Source: a virus
Lineage: Duplodnaviria; Caudoviricetes
Direction: 5' to 3' (one strand)
Length of the DNA stretch: 64,000 nt
Virus record (IMG/VR): IMGVR_UViG_3300036766_002286
Below, one piece after another: positions 10,718-20,986 of this stretch. A program made the position numbers and the translations under genes. Numbering within the stretch: position 1 is the first letter of the stretch; each line of letters starts with the position of its first letter. Below the pieces are notes generated by a model, which had not been told where the DNA came from, did not search any database, and worked only from the letters and a program-made list of their open reading frames with translations.

Positions 10718-10881
10718 TGTTTGGGAAAAAGAGAAAAGAAAAATTTAAAGAAACTTTAGCAAATATAGCAGCCGCTGATGCGCAAAGGCATTCTGTAATC
10801 AAGTCATTTAAGATATTAGGACGATGTCATGAAGCTAGAGCTGATTTAGTCAAAGAACGCAGCAACCAAGGAGATAACTAA
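10717..10881 (+). CDS. Small hypothetical protein (54 aa)
   Basis: TGATG and TAATG overlaps with both neighbours; MFGKKRKEKF... Confidence 0.55.
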   Translation: MFGKKRKEKFKETLANIAAADAQRHSVIKSFKILGRCHEARADLVKERSNQGDN

Positions 10882-11210
10882 TGGATATTACCTATAAAGA
10901 CTATAATGGAAAAACTCAAACTGTTGATCTTGCTAGTCTCCGTTATAAAGATCTACATAACGCAGACTTACATGGCGCTTTTCTACACAGCGCCGATCTG
11001 CGTGAAGTCGATTTGTCCGGAGCCAACTTGCGTGGAGCTATTCTATGTGCCGCGGAGTTACTCCACGCCAACTTAAGGGAAGCCGATTTGACTAATGCCG
11101 ACTTGCGTGAAGCCGATTTGCGTTACGCCAATTTTATTGGAGCTGACTTATCTAACGCTAGGTTTGTTGATGGGGGGTGTTTACCAGCGGCGGGTAGTAT
11201 AACACAATAG
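10881..11210 (+). CDS. Pentapeptide repeat protein
   Basis: ITYKDYNG N-cap; ADLR/ANLR repeats; AAGGAG SD. Confidence 0.88.
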   Translation: MDITYKDYNGKTQTVDLASLRYKDLHNADLHGAFLHSADLREVDLSGANLRGAILCAAELLHANLREADLTNADLREADLRYANFIGADLSNARFVDGGCLPAAGSITQ

Positions 11211-11391
11211 TCAGGAAAGCAGCTAAAAAGTACTCAGAACCGCCAACATCGCCACAGCAAACTGGCGGTCCCGCAGCTCATTTTACCACGTCCAGATTCC
11301 CCACAAGGCTGTCTCGTATGTTAATACATCTGTATCTAAGCACTATGATAAGTAGGATATCTTCTATCAACAACTACAACTTAGGGATTTC

Positions 11392-12909
11392 ATGTCTTTA
11401 GAACAACTTTACACTAATATGCTTAAGTACACCGACCATGAGGAAATCTCTGTTCAAATGCAAGAACATATATATGATTATGCACTTAAACATAAAGATC
11501 ACGCAATCATGGCTAAACTCGCTCACTATCCAAACCTTTCAAAGTCCTTAGATGACCTTATCGGCGCCAACAATACTTTAGAGATTTTGACTGCCTGGCT
11601 AACTAGACAAGGCCGCACACCAGCAGAACAAATGTCCCGGTTAGAAAAAGAGAATCGTGTTACCACATTACTTGTTTTAGCAAAACAGCACAACCTCCCA
11701 AGAGAAGCCTACATGTTAGTAGCAAAACATCAAACTCCTACTTTAGATGAGACTTTAGCTGGTAATTATTCAGTTCCTCTGGACATCAGGTTAACTAAAC
11801 TTCGCGCTTTTGTTAAAAGACCTATAACATCAAGATCTTTAAGTGAACAGGGTCGCCTCTTTATAGATATAGTTGATGGACGCGTATCTGACACTCTACC
11901 TCGTCAAACAGAACCAAGAACGCCGGCCTCTGATTTAGATCTTCTTTATAATGAAGTTGCCAATACCAGCTTTCAGGGTGCTTATTTAGAACAATGTATA
12001 AAATATGGTAAACTCTCATCCCAACAAATTGATCGTATGATTGATAATATTGAAATCATAGATGGTAGCTATGCTGCCTCAAGAAACACTTATTCCTACC
12101 ACATAGGAATTGATATTTTTCTGCTCGCTCTTAGTAACTATAATATCACCTCCAGCCAACACACAAGACTGTTAGAAAACACCCGCGCATTACTAGCTAG
12201 TGTACCTACAAGGAGTACAAATCATATTTCGCAACTCAAAAAAACTATACAAACCTTAGAAGCCGTATCTTTCGCATTTGAAGACGCATTATTTGCATTT
12301 ATACACGGCATCGCCACAGATCCTATACAAGATATGTTTGATACTGCTTTCTCTCTTGTCGACGCCACTCCAGCTTCCGCTCTCAAGTACAGCCGTCTGA
12401 TGACAGCTGTGGCTGTTAATCTTTTCTTATCGGGAGATACGGCTTTAACTATGGTGAAAAATATGGCAGCCGCCGATCATGCAGCCCTCGCACAAAATCT
12501 AGAAAATCGCGGCGACTATGCTTCTCTCGTAGCCATGCTTAAAATACAGACCCGCAATCCTCTTGGGTCCCTAAACTCTTTAAAAGATGAGAAAAAAGTT
12601 ACCATGTTTTTAATAGAAGATTTTTATGCGAACCACAACACTATTCCAGAGTGGCTTACTCGTTCCGACATTGTACGCGCTGATGCCAGTCTGTGTATTA
12701 AACATGTGGCGATGCCTCAACTTGTAAAACTAACAGAGGTTGTTCCTAATCTAAGTTCACTCGTCAGCTCTATGATACTCGAAATTCTTGGCTCGCAGGA
12801 AGTAGCAGTAACAAAGGAAGCTTGGGAAATTTTTGACACTTTAGGAGAATCTTTTAAAGGTACCCTTCCAGATTTGCTAGAGTCTATAAAAATCCTAGCA
12901 GAATCTTGA
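11392..12909 (+). CDS. Hypothetical alpha-helical protein (~500-aa family)
   Basis: 505 aa; C-terminal WEIFDTLGESFKGTLPDLLE matches 6470 and 12982 proteins. Confidence 0.8.
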   Translation: MSLEQLYTNMLKYTDHEEISVQMQEHIYDYALKHKDHAIMAKLAHYPNLSKSLDDLIGANNTLEILTAWLTRQGRTPAEQMSRLEKENRVTTLLVLAKQHNLPREAYMLVAKHQTPTLDETLAGNYSVPLDIRLTKLRAFVKRPITSRSLSEQGRLFIDIVDGRVSDTLPRQTEPRTPASDLDLLYNEVANTSFQGAYLEQCIKYGKLSSQQIDRMIDNIEIIDGSYAASRNTYSYHIGIDIFLLALSNYNITSSQHTRLLENTRALLASVPTRSTNHISQLKKTIQTLEAVSFAFEDALFAFIHGIATDPIQDMFDTAFSLVDATPASALKYSRLMTAVAVNLFLSGDTALTMVKNMAAADHAALAQNLENRGDYASLVAMLKIQTRNPLGSLNSLKDEKKVTMFLIEDFYANHNTIPEWLTRSDIVRADASLCIKHVAMPQLVKLTEVVPNLSSLVSSMILEILGSQEVAVTKEAWEIFDTLGESFKGTLPDLLESIKILAES

Positions 12910-12929
12910 GCGCTCGCCAAGTAGTTAAC

Positions 12930-12980
12930 TAAAAAAGACCTAGGTCTCAGATATATAAAATCTGGTCTAGGTCTTTTTTA
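12930..12980. terminator. Bidirectional intrinsic terminator
   Basis: 14-bp perfect inverted repeat TAAAAAAGACCTAG / CTAGGTCTTTTTTA between convergent genes, with A and T tracts at the ends. Confidence 0.75.
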
Positions 12981-12981
12981 T

Positions 12982-14457
12982 TTATATGCTACTTGCAGTT
13001 TCAAGTAGTGTTCCAAAGCTTCCGCTCCAGTTATTACTTAACCGGTTATAGGTTTCCCACTTATTATAATCAGATCCAAGAAATCTTTTCTGTAGTTCTG
13101 CTATTTTGTCCTCTGCGACATCAAGTGCTGTATTATTACGATACGCATTGTTTTGCCAGTACCTTGTATGCCCCTGTACATAAAACGTCCAGGGTAGCAT
13201 CAAAATCATCGATTCTGTCGTACACATTGCTAGCAAAGCCATTAATGTATCATTAGACTGTTTTGTCTCGATCGCTTTTGTAGCTAGCTCTAAGACGACT
13301 TCCTCAGTCCCAGTAAAAGCTTCACAGCACGCACTAGGTGTTCCTGCTTTCAAAGTATTCCAAATTGCTTTGAATAGTTCCACATTGTCTGTACGTTTTA
13401 CAGCATCTGCTAGCATATTAGGAGCAGCCTGCATATGAATATGTGCCTGTCTAATTACTTTTTCAAACAATGGATTACTATAAGCTTCTTTGTTTTCTAA
13501 CAGGCCAGCTATTAGTTCGTTCGCTTCCGCCCACTCATAAGATAAAGCAGCCACGCACACGTGTTCGATATCACCTCCGCGTGCATTCGTAGCCACTGCC
13601 TTAAGACTTTCGAGCGTTCCATCCAATATGACAACTTCCCGCCCAGCTAAAATATCAGCAAGTGATTCAAAGTATTGATATGAAGCAGCCCTGCTCTTTT
13701 GCGCAGCCACTCGTACTTTTAGCACTTGTGCAACTTTGCTTGGCAACGTTAGTTGTATAGCGATTTTTCTAAGAGTTTCAGCACACCTAGACCCGTTATT
13801 AATTTGATGCGGCGTAGCCACCTCAGGGTTTACTGCAATCATTTTATCAATTATTGCAGTCAAGTCTGCTTCATCGCACAGTTCAATTGGCATGCTATGT
13901 AAAAAAGTTTCATGTAAACAGCCAATTAGTTCCTTTACAACCACAGGTGTTGTTGCTACTTCTCTTATTGCAGCAAAAATCAAGTGTTTTACAGGCTCTG
14001 GCATTGTATCGCTGTTCGCTATTAGTTTTATGCAGTTAAGCATAGACTTTTTGTCCTGAAAACCCCCACGCAACATAGCTGTAGCAAGTAATTTCGTCGG
14101 TTTTACAACCAACCTGGCCGCCAAAATCGTGGCAAGCTCAACATTATCGTTAGCCCGCCCTACAAGCCCAGCAAATACTTCAGAGCGTCTTTCTTTATCC
14201 AAAAGCTCTTCTCTGGTGGCTTGGCTGCAATCGCGTCTAGCTAAGTAAGCTACCCGCACATCTGGATTACGATGTGCTTTAGCCAAGCTAAGTACACCTG
14301 CTGGCACCTCTGAAATTTTTAAAATATCTAGCATTATTTCAATATTGCTATCTTGTTGTGCTAGTTTCCAAACATTTTCTATAATAATAGGATCCCCCGG
14401 CCCATGATCGGCATTAGAGTATCGTCTTACTGTCGCTTTAAGTAGCGGATTTATCAT
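12982..14457 (-). CDS. Hypothetical alpha-helical protein (~500-aa family)
   Basis: 491 aa; RVAYLAR, KPTKLLATA, WETYNRLSNNWSGSFGTLLE. Confidence 0.8.
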   Translation of the reverse strand: MINPLLKATVRRYSNADHGPGDPIIIENVWKLAQQDSNIEIMLDILKISEVPAGVLSLAKAHRNPDVRVAYLARRDCSQATREELLDKERRSEVFAGLVGRANDNVELATILAARLVVKPTKLLATAMLRGGFQDKKSMLNCIKLIANSDTMPEPVKHLIFAAIREVATTPVVVKELIGCLHETFLHSMPIELCDEADLTAIIDKMIAVNPEVATPHQINNGSRCAETLRKIAIQLTLPSKVAQVLKVRVAAQKSRAASYQYFESLADILAGREVVILDGTLESLKAVATNARGGDIEHVCVAALSYEWAEANELIAGLLENKEAYSNPLFEKVIRQAHIHMQAAPNMLADAVKRTDNVELFKAIWNTLKAGTPSACCEAFTGTEEVVLELATKAIETKQSNDTLMALLAMCTTESMILMLPWTFYVQGHTRYWQNNAYRNNTALDVAEDKIAELQKRFLGSDYNKWETYNRLSNNWSGSFGTLLETASSI

Positions 14458-14534
14458 ATTACGCCTTCGCAGTAGTAATGGTTAAAGATGATTTTATAGC
14501 TCTAACTATTGGTGCTGATTCCACAAAAACAACT

Positions 14535-15443
14535 CTATTCCAGTAATAAAGCAGTGTTCAGAGCACTCAAAAAGTTCCTGAATTCAGATTTTGGCTTACT
14601 TGGTGTCCATAAACATATCGCAGTTTCTAGCACACTTAAAAGATAAACATCTTCAACCAAAATACATTGAGGTGTCGCTGGGTTTTTAGATAACATTTCA
14701 GCTAACCATCTTGGCACAAGTTTTAGACTCTTTTGACCATGCACAGCTTTTGTGCCTTTAGCGTCTAACATGAATAAAATTCGCGGATCTAAAGTTCGCC
14801 CGGTCACAGCTACCAGCACCGGATCTTGTGGCGCATAAGTCTTTCTAACCCCAGTAGCATACCATTGGCCTATACAATATGATTCCGACTCTTCTAGTAA
14901 AGCAGGACAGCTAGGCGCATTCTTAACTTTAGCTTTAAGGATTTTATGACACTCTTTCAGTTGTTTTCCATTAGCGACATCTTTGCTTGTAGTATCAACC
15001 AAGGATAAAATTCGCGCTAAGCTATCTTTAGCTAACTCTAGAGTTTCTATTCCCTTATAATAGTCTACTGCAGACAAAAAATCTCCAGCCACACCAAGTC
15101 TCTCTAAATTTATAGCCAACTCTCTATCAGAACCATTTATCAAAAAACTAGAAGCCGATATACGAGCAATCGTAGTTGCCGACGACCAGTAAGGCAGCTT
15201 AGTAGAGTATATAGTCGGATTCATGGTGGTTCCAGTGCCCCAAGGCCCGCTCCCCACACTGCTACTACCAGTGCTGGTAGTTCCAGTAGTTATTCCTACA
15301 CTATTTGTCACACTAACACTAGGTATACCGCCACTGACAGCCCCAGCAGTATTTGAAGCGGTATAGACCGTACCATTAACTATAGCATTCTCAAACATCT
15401 GTCCGTGATAGTTTTTGTTGCGAATTTTTCTAAATTTTTTCAT
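14535..15443 (-). CDS. Hypothetical protein with Ser/Thr/Gly-rich N-region
   Basis: About 300-aa ORF, GAGGGG SD. Confidence 0.7.
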   Translation of the reverse strand: MKKFRKIRNKNYHGQMFENAIVNGTVYTASNTAGAVSGGIPSVSVTNSVGITTGTTSTGSSSVGSGPWGTGTTMNPTIYSTKLPYWSSATTIARISASSFLINGSDRELAINLERLGVAGDFLSAVDYYKGIETLELAKDSLARILSLVDTTSKDVANGKQLKECHKILKAKVKNAPSCPALLEESESYCIGQWYATGVRKTYAPQDPVLVAVTGRTLDPRILFMLDAKGTKAVHGQKSLKLVPRWLAEMLSKNPATPQCILVEDVYLLSVLETAICLWTPSKPKSEFRNFLSALNTALLLE

Positions 15444-15638
15444 CAAAGCCCCTCTTTTATTTGTTTATAATGTCAAAAGACTATATAGCTATTTAATAAA
15501 TATACCTATTATACTATTGTTACCATTTTTAGCATTGTCGCATATACCCACCAAATCGCACGCTATTAACCCACAATATCTAGCCCGAATAGTAGGTATT
15601 TTTAGGCAACCCTTTTATGTAAACGAGCCAATACATCC

Positions 15639-16472
15639 CTATTTATGCAAGCTCCCGTCCGGCATAATTGCAGAAGCAAAATCCGCACTCGAAACATTTG
15701 TAGCTACACCAACTGCCCCAAGCAAATTAGCGCCCCGTAAAATTGCTCCCTTAAAATCTGCATAATCAAGATTAGCACCCCTTAGATCGGCTTCCCGCAG
15801 GTCAGCATGCGAGAAATTTACACCAGCCGAATTTGTTTCACTTAGATTAGCAGCTGTTAGATTTGCATGTTCAAAATTGCTATCTTCTAGAGTGGCGAGC
15901 CGCAAATCAGCAAAACTTAAGTTAGCAGAAGTAAGATTAGAGCTATCTATATGTGCGCCTTTTAAGGTTGCTCTAAATAAGCAGGCTTTTCTTAAATCTG
16001 CGCGACTAACGTTCACTCCATCCATATTAGCGTCAGTTAAATTAGCACCGCACAACATTGCCCCTTGTAAGACAGCACGAAAGTCACCAATCCCGGACAT
16101 ATTCACAAAGCTAAGATTTGCATTATATAAATTAGCACTATATAGGTAACTTCTAGTCAAATTGGCATAGGTGAGATCAGCATTTGCGAGATTAGCACAG
16201 GTAAGACACGCGCCAGCAAGCATAGCAGAACTAAGTTTAATACCTCCCATTTGCACACTATGAAAATTGCTTCCAGTCAAATCAGCGCCATTAAGATTAG
16301 CACCTGTAAGTATAGTTTCTCGAAAATCACAGAAGTAAAGCTGACCATTTTTAAGATCCATGTCACTTAAATCCATAGCCGCAAGTATACTATGCGATAG
16401 ATTAGCACCAACCGCAACGCCAGCTGCAAGTTGTTTACGACCTATTCTAGGTATCGGCGGCATGTTACGCAT
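15639..16472 (-). CDS. Pentapeptide repeat protein (MPDG C-cap)
   Basis: Long repeat core, ends AIMPDGSLHK. Confidence 0.93.
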   Translation of the reverse strand: MRNMPPIPRIGRKQLAAGVAVGANLSHSILAAMDLSDMDLKNGQLYFCDFRETILTGANLNGADLTGSNFHSVQMGGIKLSSAMLAGACLTCANLANADLTYANLTRSYLYSANLYNANLSFVNMSGIGDFRAVLQGAMLCGANLTDANMDGVNVSRADLRKACLFRATLKGAHIDSSNLTSANLSFADLRLATLEDSNFEHANLTAANLSETNSAGVNFSHADLREADLRGANLDYADFKGAILRGANLLGAVGVATNVSSADFASAIMPDGSLHK

Positions 16473-16482
16473 CAGCTTGTAT

Positions 16483-17010
16483 TTATAAATTTATTGTATT
16501 CACAGCAGTTATCCCCGCAATATTGTTAGTTCCTGCTTCCGAGCAATTTTCAGTACTTATTACGATATCCTCTTCATTCCAGGACTCATCCAAGCCCCGG
16601 CACTCTGCTTTCTGTTTTGCGGACAGTACTATATTAGTCATCTTAGCATTCCACAAACTAGTGCCACGCAAGTCACAATTTCGCAAGTTAGCCCCACTCA
16701 AATTAGCACCTCCTAAATTAGTATCTCGCAAATCAGCATTAGTTAGGTCAGCATCTCTGAAATTAGTGATGCTAATACGGGCATCCATCAAATCTGCACC
16801 TATTAGGCATGCCCCGCTAAAATCCGCGCGTCGTAAATCAGTATGACTCAAGTCAGCATTTTCGAGATTAGCACCCCTAAAATCCGCATCACGCAGGTCA
16901 GCACCTGTTAAATTAGCCCCCTGCAAATCCATGTCTGCCCATGATCCACCGTCCGGTAATTCTTGTTTCCCACCGTTGCGGTCAATAAATTTGATATTTG
17001 GTCTACTCAT
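16483..17010 (-). CDS. Pentapeptide repeat protein (YID N-cap, CxG C-cap)
   Basis: PNIKFIDRNG start; LSAKQKAECRG; AAGGAG SD. Confidence 0.93.
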   Translation of the reverse strand: MSRPNIKFIDRNGGKQELPDGGSWADMDLQGANLTGADLRDADFRGANLENADLSHTDLRRADFSGACLIGADLMDARISITNFRDADLTNADLRDTNLGGANLSGANLRNCDLRGTSLWNAKMTNIVLSAKQKAECRGLDESWNEEDIVISTENCSEAGTNNIAGITAVNTINL

Positions 17011-17200
17011 TTTATTTCTCCTTGATTGTTTTTATACAGTCAGCGCGTTAAGACTAGATACAAGTAAGTCCACCAAATCCTTATAGTTTGTCTATAAAAA
17101 GTCCAGCCCGACCGTATAGTCACGCTTCGCTAACCTAAGTATCAAGTCATAGATTAAAGCATTTTACGTCTTTACACTAGCCACTATAGTATGCACTACA

Positions 17201-17842
17201 ATGACTATTAAAATCACACGAGATCAGGTACTCGCAGCCATTGATCGTAACGTGTCCTTATCTCATATTGATCTCTCTGGCATAGACCTGTCCTATTGTG
17301 ATCTAACAAAAGTACGTTTGGAGTATTCTATGCTCTGTGGCGCCGATTTGTCGCACGCGACTCTATCGGGCGCTAATATTAGTCGTACAGATTTCTCTCA
17401 TGCTAATCTGCAAGGCGCTAATCTGACCAGAGCCGTCGGACCAGACGCCGATTTTTCTTATGCTAATTTAACTAATGTTATGGCAGCAGGTCTTGACTTT
17501 TTTCGCGCCGAGTTCCAATGTGCAACTTTTACTTATGCTAATCTCACTAACGCTTTCTTTCAAGGTACCTATATGCCACAAACCGACTTTAAGTATGCCA
17601 TATTGAAAAATACTGATTTGAGCGCCACAAATCTTCAATATGCTGTTCTTAGTGGTGCTATAGTAGACAATACAAATCTAACAAATACCGATCTTCATGG
17701 TGCAATATCCCCAACCGGTCTCTCGTACCCAGACTGTACTACCTTAAATGTTGTTCCGCTTAGAGTAAAATACTGTACAAGTTTGCACAAACTAACTAGA
17801 ACAGACCCTACGGATTACGGGCTAGGCTCACTACTACCATAA
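17201..17842 (+). CDS. Pentapeptide repeat protein (LTR-type N-cap)
   Basis: ITRDQVLAAI start; repeat core; AISPTG cap variant. Confidence 0.9.
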   Translation: MTIKITRDQVLAAIDRNVSLSHIDLSGIDLSYCDLTKVRLEYSMLCGADLSHATLSGANISRTDFSHANLQGANLTRAVGPDADFSYANLTNVMAAGLDFFRAEFQCATFTYANLTNAFFQGTYMPQTDFKYAILKNTDLSATNLQYAVLSGAIVDNTNLTNTDLHGAISPTGLSYPDCTTLNVVPLRVKYCTSLHKLTRTDPTDYGLGSLLP

Positions 17843-17871
17843 GTAGTTGCGATAAATCTCACATCCCAAAT

Positions 17872-18060
17872 ATGTGTTATATATATCGTTACGGAGTCGC
17901 TCTACGTCAAGCAGACTTAACAAGCGCGGATTTCTATAATTCTAATCTTTCTTATGCCAACTTATGTGGAGCTAATCTAACTGACGCCAGTTTTAGGGTT
18001 ATCAACATGGAACATACCATAAAATTAAATTTTTTGTATATAACGCATAAGCCTCTATAG
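17872..18060 (+). pseudogene. Degraded PRP fragment
   Basis: Decayed N-cap (PNMCYIYRYG, compare PNIKYIDRNG), only about 6 pentapeptides, no C-cap. Confidence 0.6.
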
Positions 18061-18070
18061 TTAAAGATTA

Positions 18071-18649
18071 ATGACCAATAAACTAGCTCGTAAACAAGTC
18101 CTATATCGTATCGCCCATGGTCTTCCATTGTATAATATGGATTTATCAAGGCTAGACCTGCACGGACTTGACCTGACTAAGGTCAACTTTACACATTCAA
18201 ATCTACGTGGCGCGGATCTATCACACGCCACTCTAGCTGGAGCAATCCTATGTCGTACCAATTTTAATGATGCAAACCTATCTTATGCTAATTTGACAAG
18301 GGTAATTGCTCCCATGGCAACTTTTGATAACGCTAATTTGCAAGGCATAAACGCGCAAGGTCTACTCAAATATAGAGCTGTTATGACCAACTGTTCCATG
18401 CGAGATGTTAATTTAACTGGCGCCCAGATGCAGGGCATCAATCTGTATGGTGTCGATTTAAATGGTGCTGACTCAACAAATGCTAATTTCTCGAACGCCG
18501 ACTTGGAGGATGCCGACCTAACTAAAGGAACTTTCACTGGTACCAATTTCACACGTGCAAATCTTAAAGGCGCGCGACTAAGCCCCTCAAAGCTAGATGG
18601 AGCCATTCTAACCGGAGCTACTATGCCAGATGGGAGTAAACATGTGTAA
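18071..18649 (+). CDS. Pentapeptide repeat protein (LTR-type N-cap, MPDG C-cap)
   Basis: LARKQVLYRI start; ATMPDGSKHV end. Confidence 0.93.
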   Translation: MTNKLARKQVLYRIAHGLPLYNMDLSRLDLHGLDLTKVNFTHSNLRGADLSHATLAGAILCRTNFNDANLSYANLTRVIAPMATFDNANLQGINAQGLLKYRAVMTNCSMRDVNLTGAQMQGINLYGVDLNGADSTNANFSNADLEDADLTKGTFTGTNFTRANLKGARLSPSKLDGAILTGATMPDGSKHV

Positions 18650-18650
18650 T

Positions 18651-18754
18651 ATGCAAAATCAAGATATTAATCATATTGATAAAAATTGGGATCTGGCCAG
18701 CATGTCACCACTATGCCGTACGGATCACCCCACAGCAGCATAGGAGAAAAGTAA
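18651..18754 (+). pseudogene. Collapsed PRP gene: N-cap joined to C-cap, core deleted
   Basis: MQNQDINHIDKN from 18651, then TTMPYGSPH..-TAA in another frame (ATG 18713). Confidence 0.55.
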
Positions 18755-18757
18755 CTC

Positions 18758-19195
18758 ATGGCAAAACGACACCCTATTTATTATATCACAGGCTATGGTT
18801 ATCCAAGAGTTCTCACAACTCTTGGTGATCTTCAAGATGAGGATTTCGCAGACGCTGATTTTAGGGGTGCCGACCTGTCAAACTGGAATTTCCGAGGTGT
18901 TGACTTATCAAGAGCGAGTTTGTATGGTGTGAATATGACAAATATTAATCTAGAGGGTGCTACCCTAAATAATGCAAATTTTCGTGGAACAAATTTGACT
19001 AGGGCTAACCTCAAAAATACAAGATGTTACGCAACTAATTTTGAAGGTTCCGACCTTAAATATGCGAATCTTGAACACGCTAACTTGGCGCATGCAATTT
19101 TTCTCAAAGCAAACCTCCACGCAACAAATTTAACAGACGCGATAATTCATGACACAAAAATGCCCAACGGGATCATACAGACCGATTGGGTATAG
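18758..19195 (+). CDS. Pentapeptide repeat protein (MPNG C-cap)
   Basis: AGGAG SD; ADFR/ANL repeats; KMPNG. Confidence 0.92.
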   Translation: MAKRHPIYYITGYGYPRVLTTLGDLQDEDFADADFRGADLSNWNFRGVDLSRASLYGVNMTNINLEGATLNNANFRGTNLTRANLKNTRCYATNFEGSDLKYANLEHANLAHAIFLKANLHATNLTDAIIHDTKMPNGIIQTDWV

Positions 19196-19198
19196 TAG

Positions 19199-19444
19199 TT
19201 ATCTAAAAGTAACTCTTGAATGAAACCGCTGCGTATAATGCTCATCTCCGGGTCCAACTCTTTGAACCAAAAATGTTCCAAGTTCGTAGGTTTTGACACA
19301 CTCGGTCACTACCTGCACGTCTTCGCCACCTACTCCTATTACTTCACCATTTTTTACAGCTATTACTTTACCATCATATTTTTCAACTAATGCTGTCTGG
19401 TTGGCTAGGTACCATTCAAATTCTTTTTCCAATGCAATAGTCAT
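19199..19444 (-). CDS. DUF5678-like small protein
   Basis: EFEWYLANQTALVEKYDGKVIAVKNGEVIG pattern; GGAG SD. Confidence 0.7.
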   Translation of the reverse strand: MTIALEKEFEWYLANQTALVEKYDGKVIAVKNGEVIGVGGEDVQVVTECVKTYELGTFLVQRVGPGDEHYTQRFHSRVTFR

Positions 19445-19457
19445 AGTAAACTCCGAG

Positions 19458-19976
19458 TTAGCATATCTGAAATCCGCCGCAGTCTGCTAAAAATTCTCCG
19501 AATTCCTGAACATTTTCCACAGAAAATGGATATTCCATAGCCCAGTTTGCTTTTTGTCCTATTCCGCCGCATCCATTACACCAGCCGATCTCACGACCAA
19601 CCTTCACCGCAGTTTTTTCATCTAATACCTTATCTACAAAACCCTCAGTAATACCAACCAAGTCTTTTCTGATTCCGGTACCTTCACACCATTCACACAC
19701 TTCAAGCTCGAGCTCAGACAAGCCTTTATAATAGTTCTCACTATATGTCGCAACCGCCCCGCTTTTCACCTCATCAATCAAACATTTTGCAAGCAATCTG
19801 CTATCATGTTCGTCTAGGCCATCTCCATCATTAGAGTACGCATATTGTACTTTTGAAGCAATCCCAGGATGAGTATCTTCACAATATTTCCACAACGGCC
19901 GCCACCACCATATGTTGTTGCGAAAATAATTGCCTTTTTCCGATGTAGGATTCGTGCCATACACATCCATTCCCAT
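19458..19976 (-). CDS. Phage-type hypothetical protein with DnaJ-like zinc ribbon
   Basis: MGMDVYG...YFRNNIWWWRPLW...CEWCEGTG...CNGCGGIG...CGGFQIC. Confidence 0.8.
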   Translation of the reverse strand: MGMDVYGTNPTSEKGNYFRNNIWWWRPLWKYCEDTHPGIASKVQYAYSNDGDGLDEHDSRLLAKCLIDEVKSGAVATYSENYYKGLSELELEVCEWCEGTGIRKDLVGITEGFVDKVLDEKTAVKVGREIGWCNGCGGIGQKANWAMEYPFSVENVQEFGEFLADCGGFQIC

Positions 19977-20242
19977 ATTTATCCCTTTTTCTCCACCTTA
20001 TTATTATGCACTCTCATTATTTATTGGCATATCATATTTTATATAAATACCTATTGTCAACAGTAAGCCTGTAATGTTTACTATTGGGGCAAATACCTAT
20101 CACACAGATAATAAGTTTAAAATACCTATACAAGCCTTGCCGTCGCACTATTTACCTGTAGTACAATAAGACAAAACCAGAGGAACTAGTACTATAAAAA
20201 AGACCTTATCTATATTGACTATGACAATACGAGGTCACTTGT

Positions 20243-20882
20243 ATGAGGCGCTTAATAACGCTAATCGCAGTAATACTGGCAGCTATTCTAGCTATCGGTG
20301 AGCCCGCTCTCGCCACCAAAGGCACCGCGCAGTGTTCCACCATCGATGCCATTATAGTAAAAAAGACAAGTACCTATAGATGTACAAAAATTGACAACTC
20401 ACTCAAGTGGGTTCTTATTCCCCACCAACTACAAATATCCTACTCATCTCCTACTGCTGACGCTTTAGTTGTTATTAGTGAGCTGATTGCAGCTGTTAAT
20501 TGGGAACGCACTAAAGCAGGACTCAAACCAGTTGCCGAATGTTTCGCACTGCAAAGGTCGCACCGGCGCGCACTCTCAAGACATGACTACAAAGGATTTT
20601 TTCGGCCATGTAAACTTAAGTGGCCAAACCCACGCAGATCGAATCCGTTTGATTGTTTATATGAGTATCACAAACCGACACTGGACCGGAGAGGATGTCG
20701 CCGCAGGATTTGCTGACGTTGCTTATGTTATAATTGCTTGGATGAAATCCCCACATCATCGCGCAAATATCCTAAATCCCATATTCACACACCTAGGCGT
20801 AGGTTTTGCTACCCTCGACCAAGACAGCATCTATGCTGGTTTTGTTTGGACTCAAGATTTCGGATCTGGCGGAATTTGCTAA
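20243..20882 (+). pseudogene. Secreted CAP/SCP-domain protein split by a frameshift
   Basis: Frame 1 gives signal peptide and NWERTKAGL; second frame gives AHSQDM, GEDVAAG, WMKSPHHRANILNP, WTQDFG; shift near 20555-20570. Confidence 0.8.
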
Positions 20883-20986
20883 TCAAAAACTAGAATCATG
20901 CTAATAACAGACAAACCAAACAAGCTCGCCTCATTGCCGTACCGGCGGGCATCTGCACAATAAAGTAAACCACCCGGGAGCATTTC

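Noticed and set aside
11239-11270. ACCGCCA...TGGCGGT hairpin as a terminator
   Set aside because: Short stem, long loop and no adjacent U tract.
20243-20882. Programmed frameshift in the CAP gene
   Set aside because: No slippery heptamer at the shift region; decay or sequencing error is more likely.
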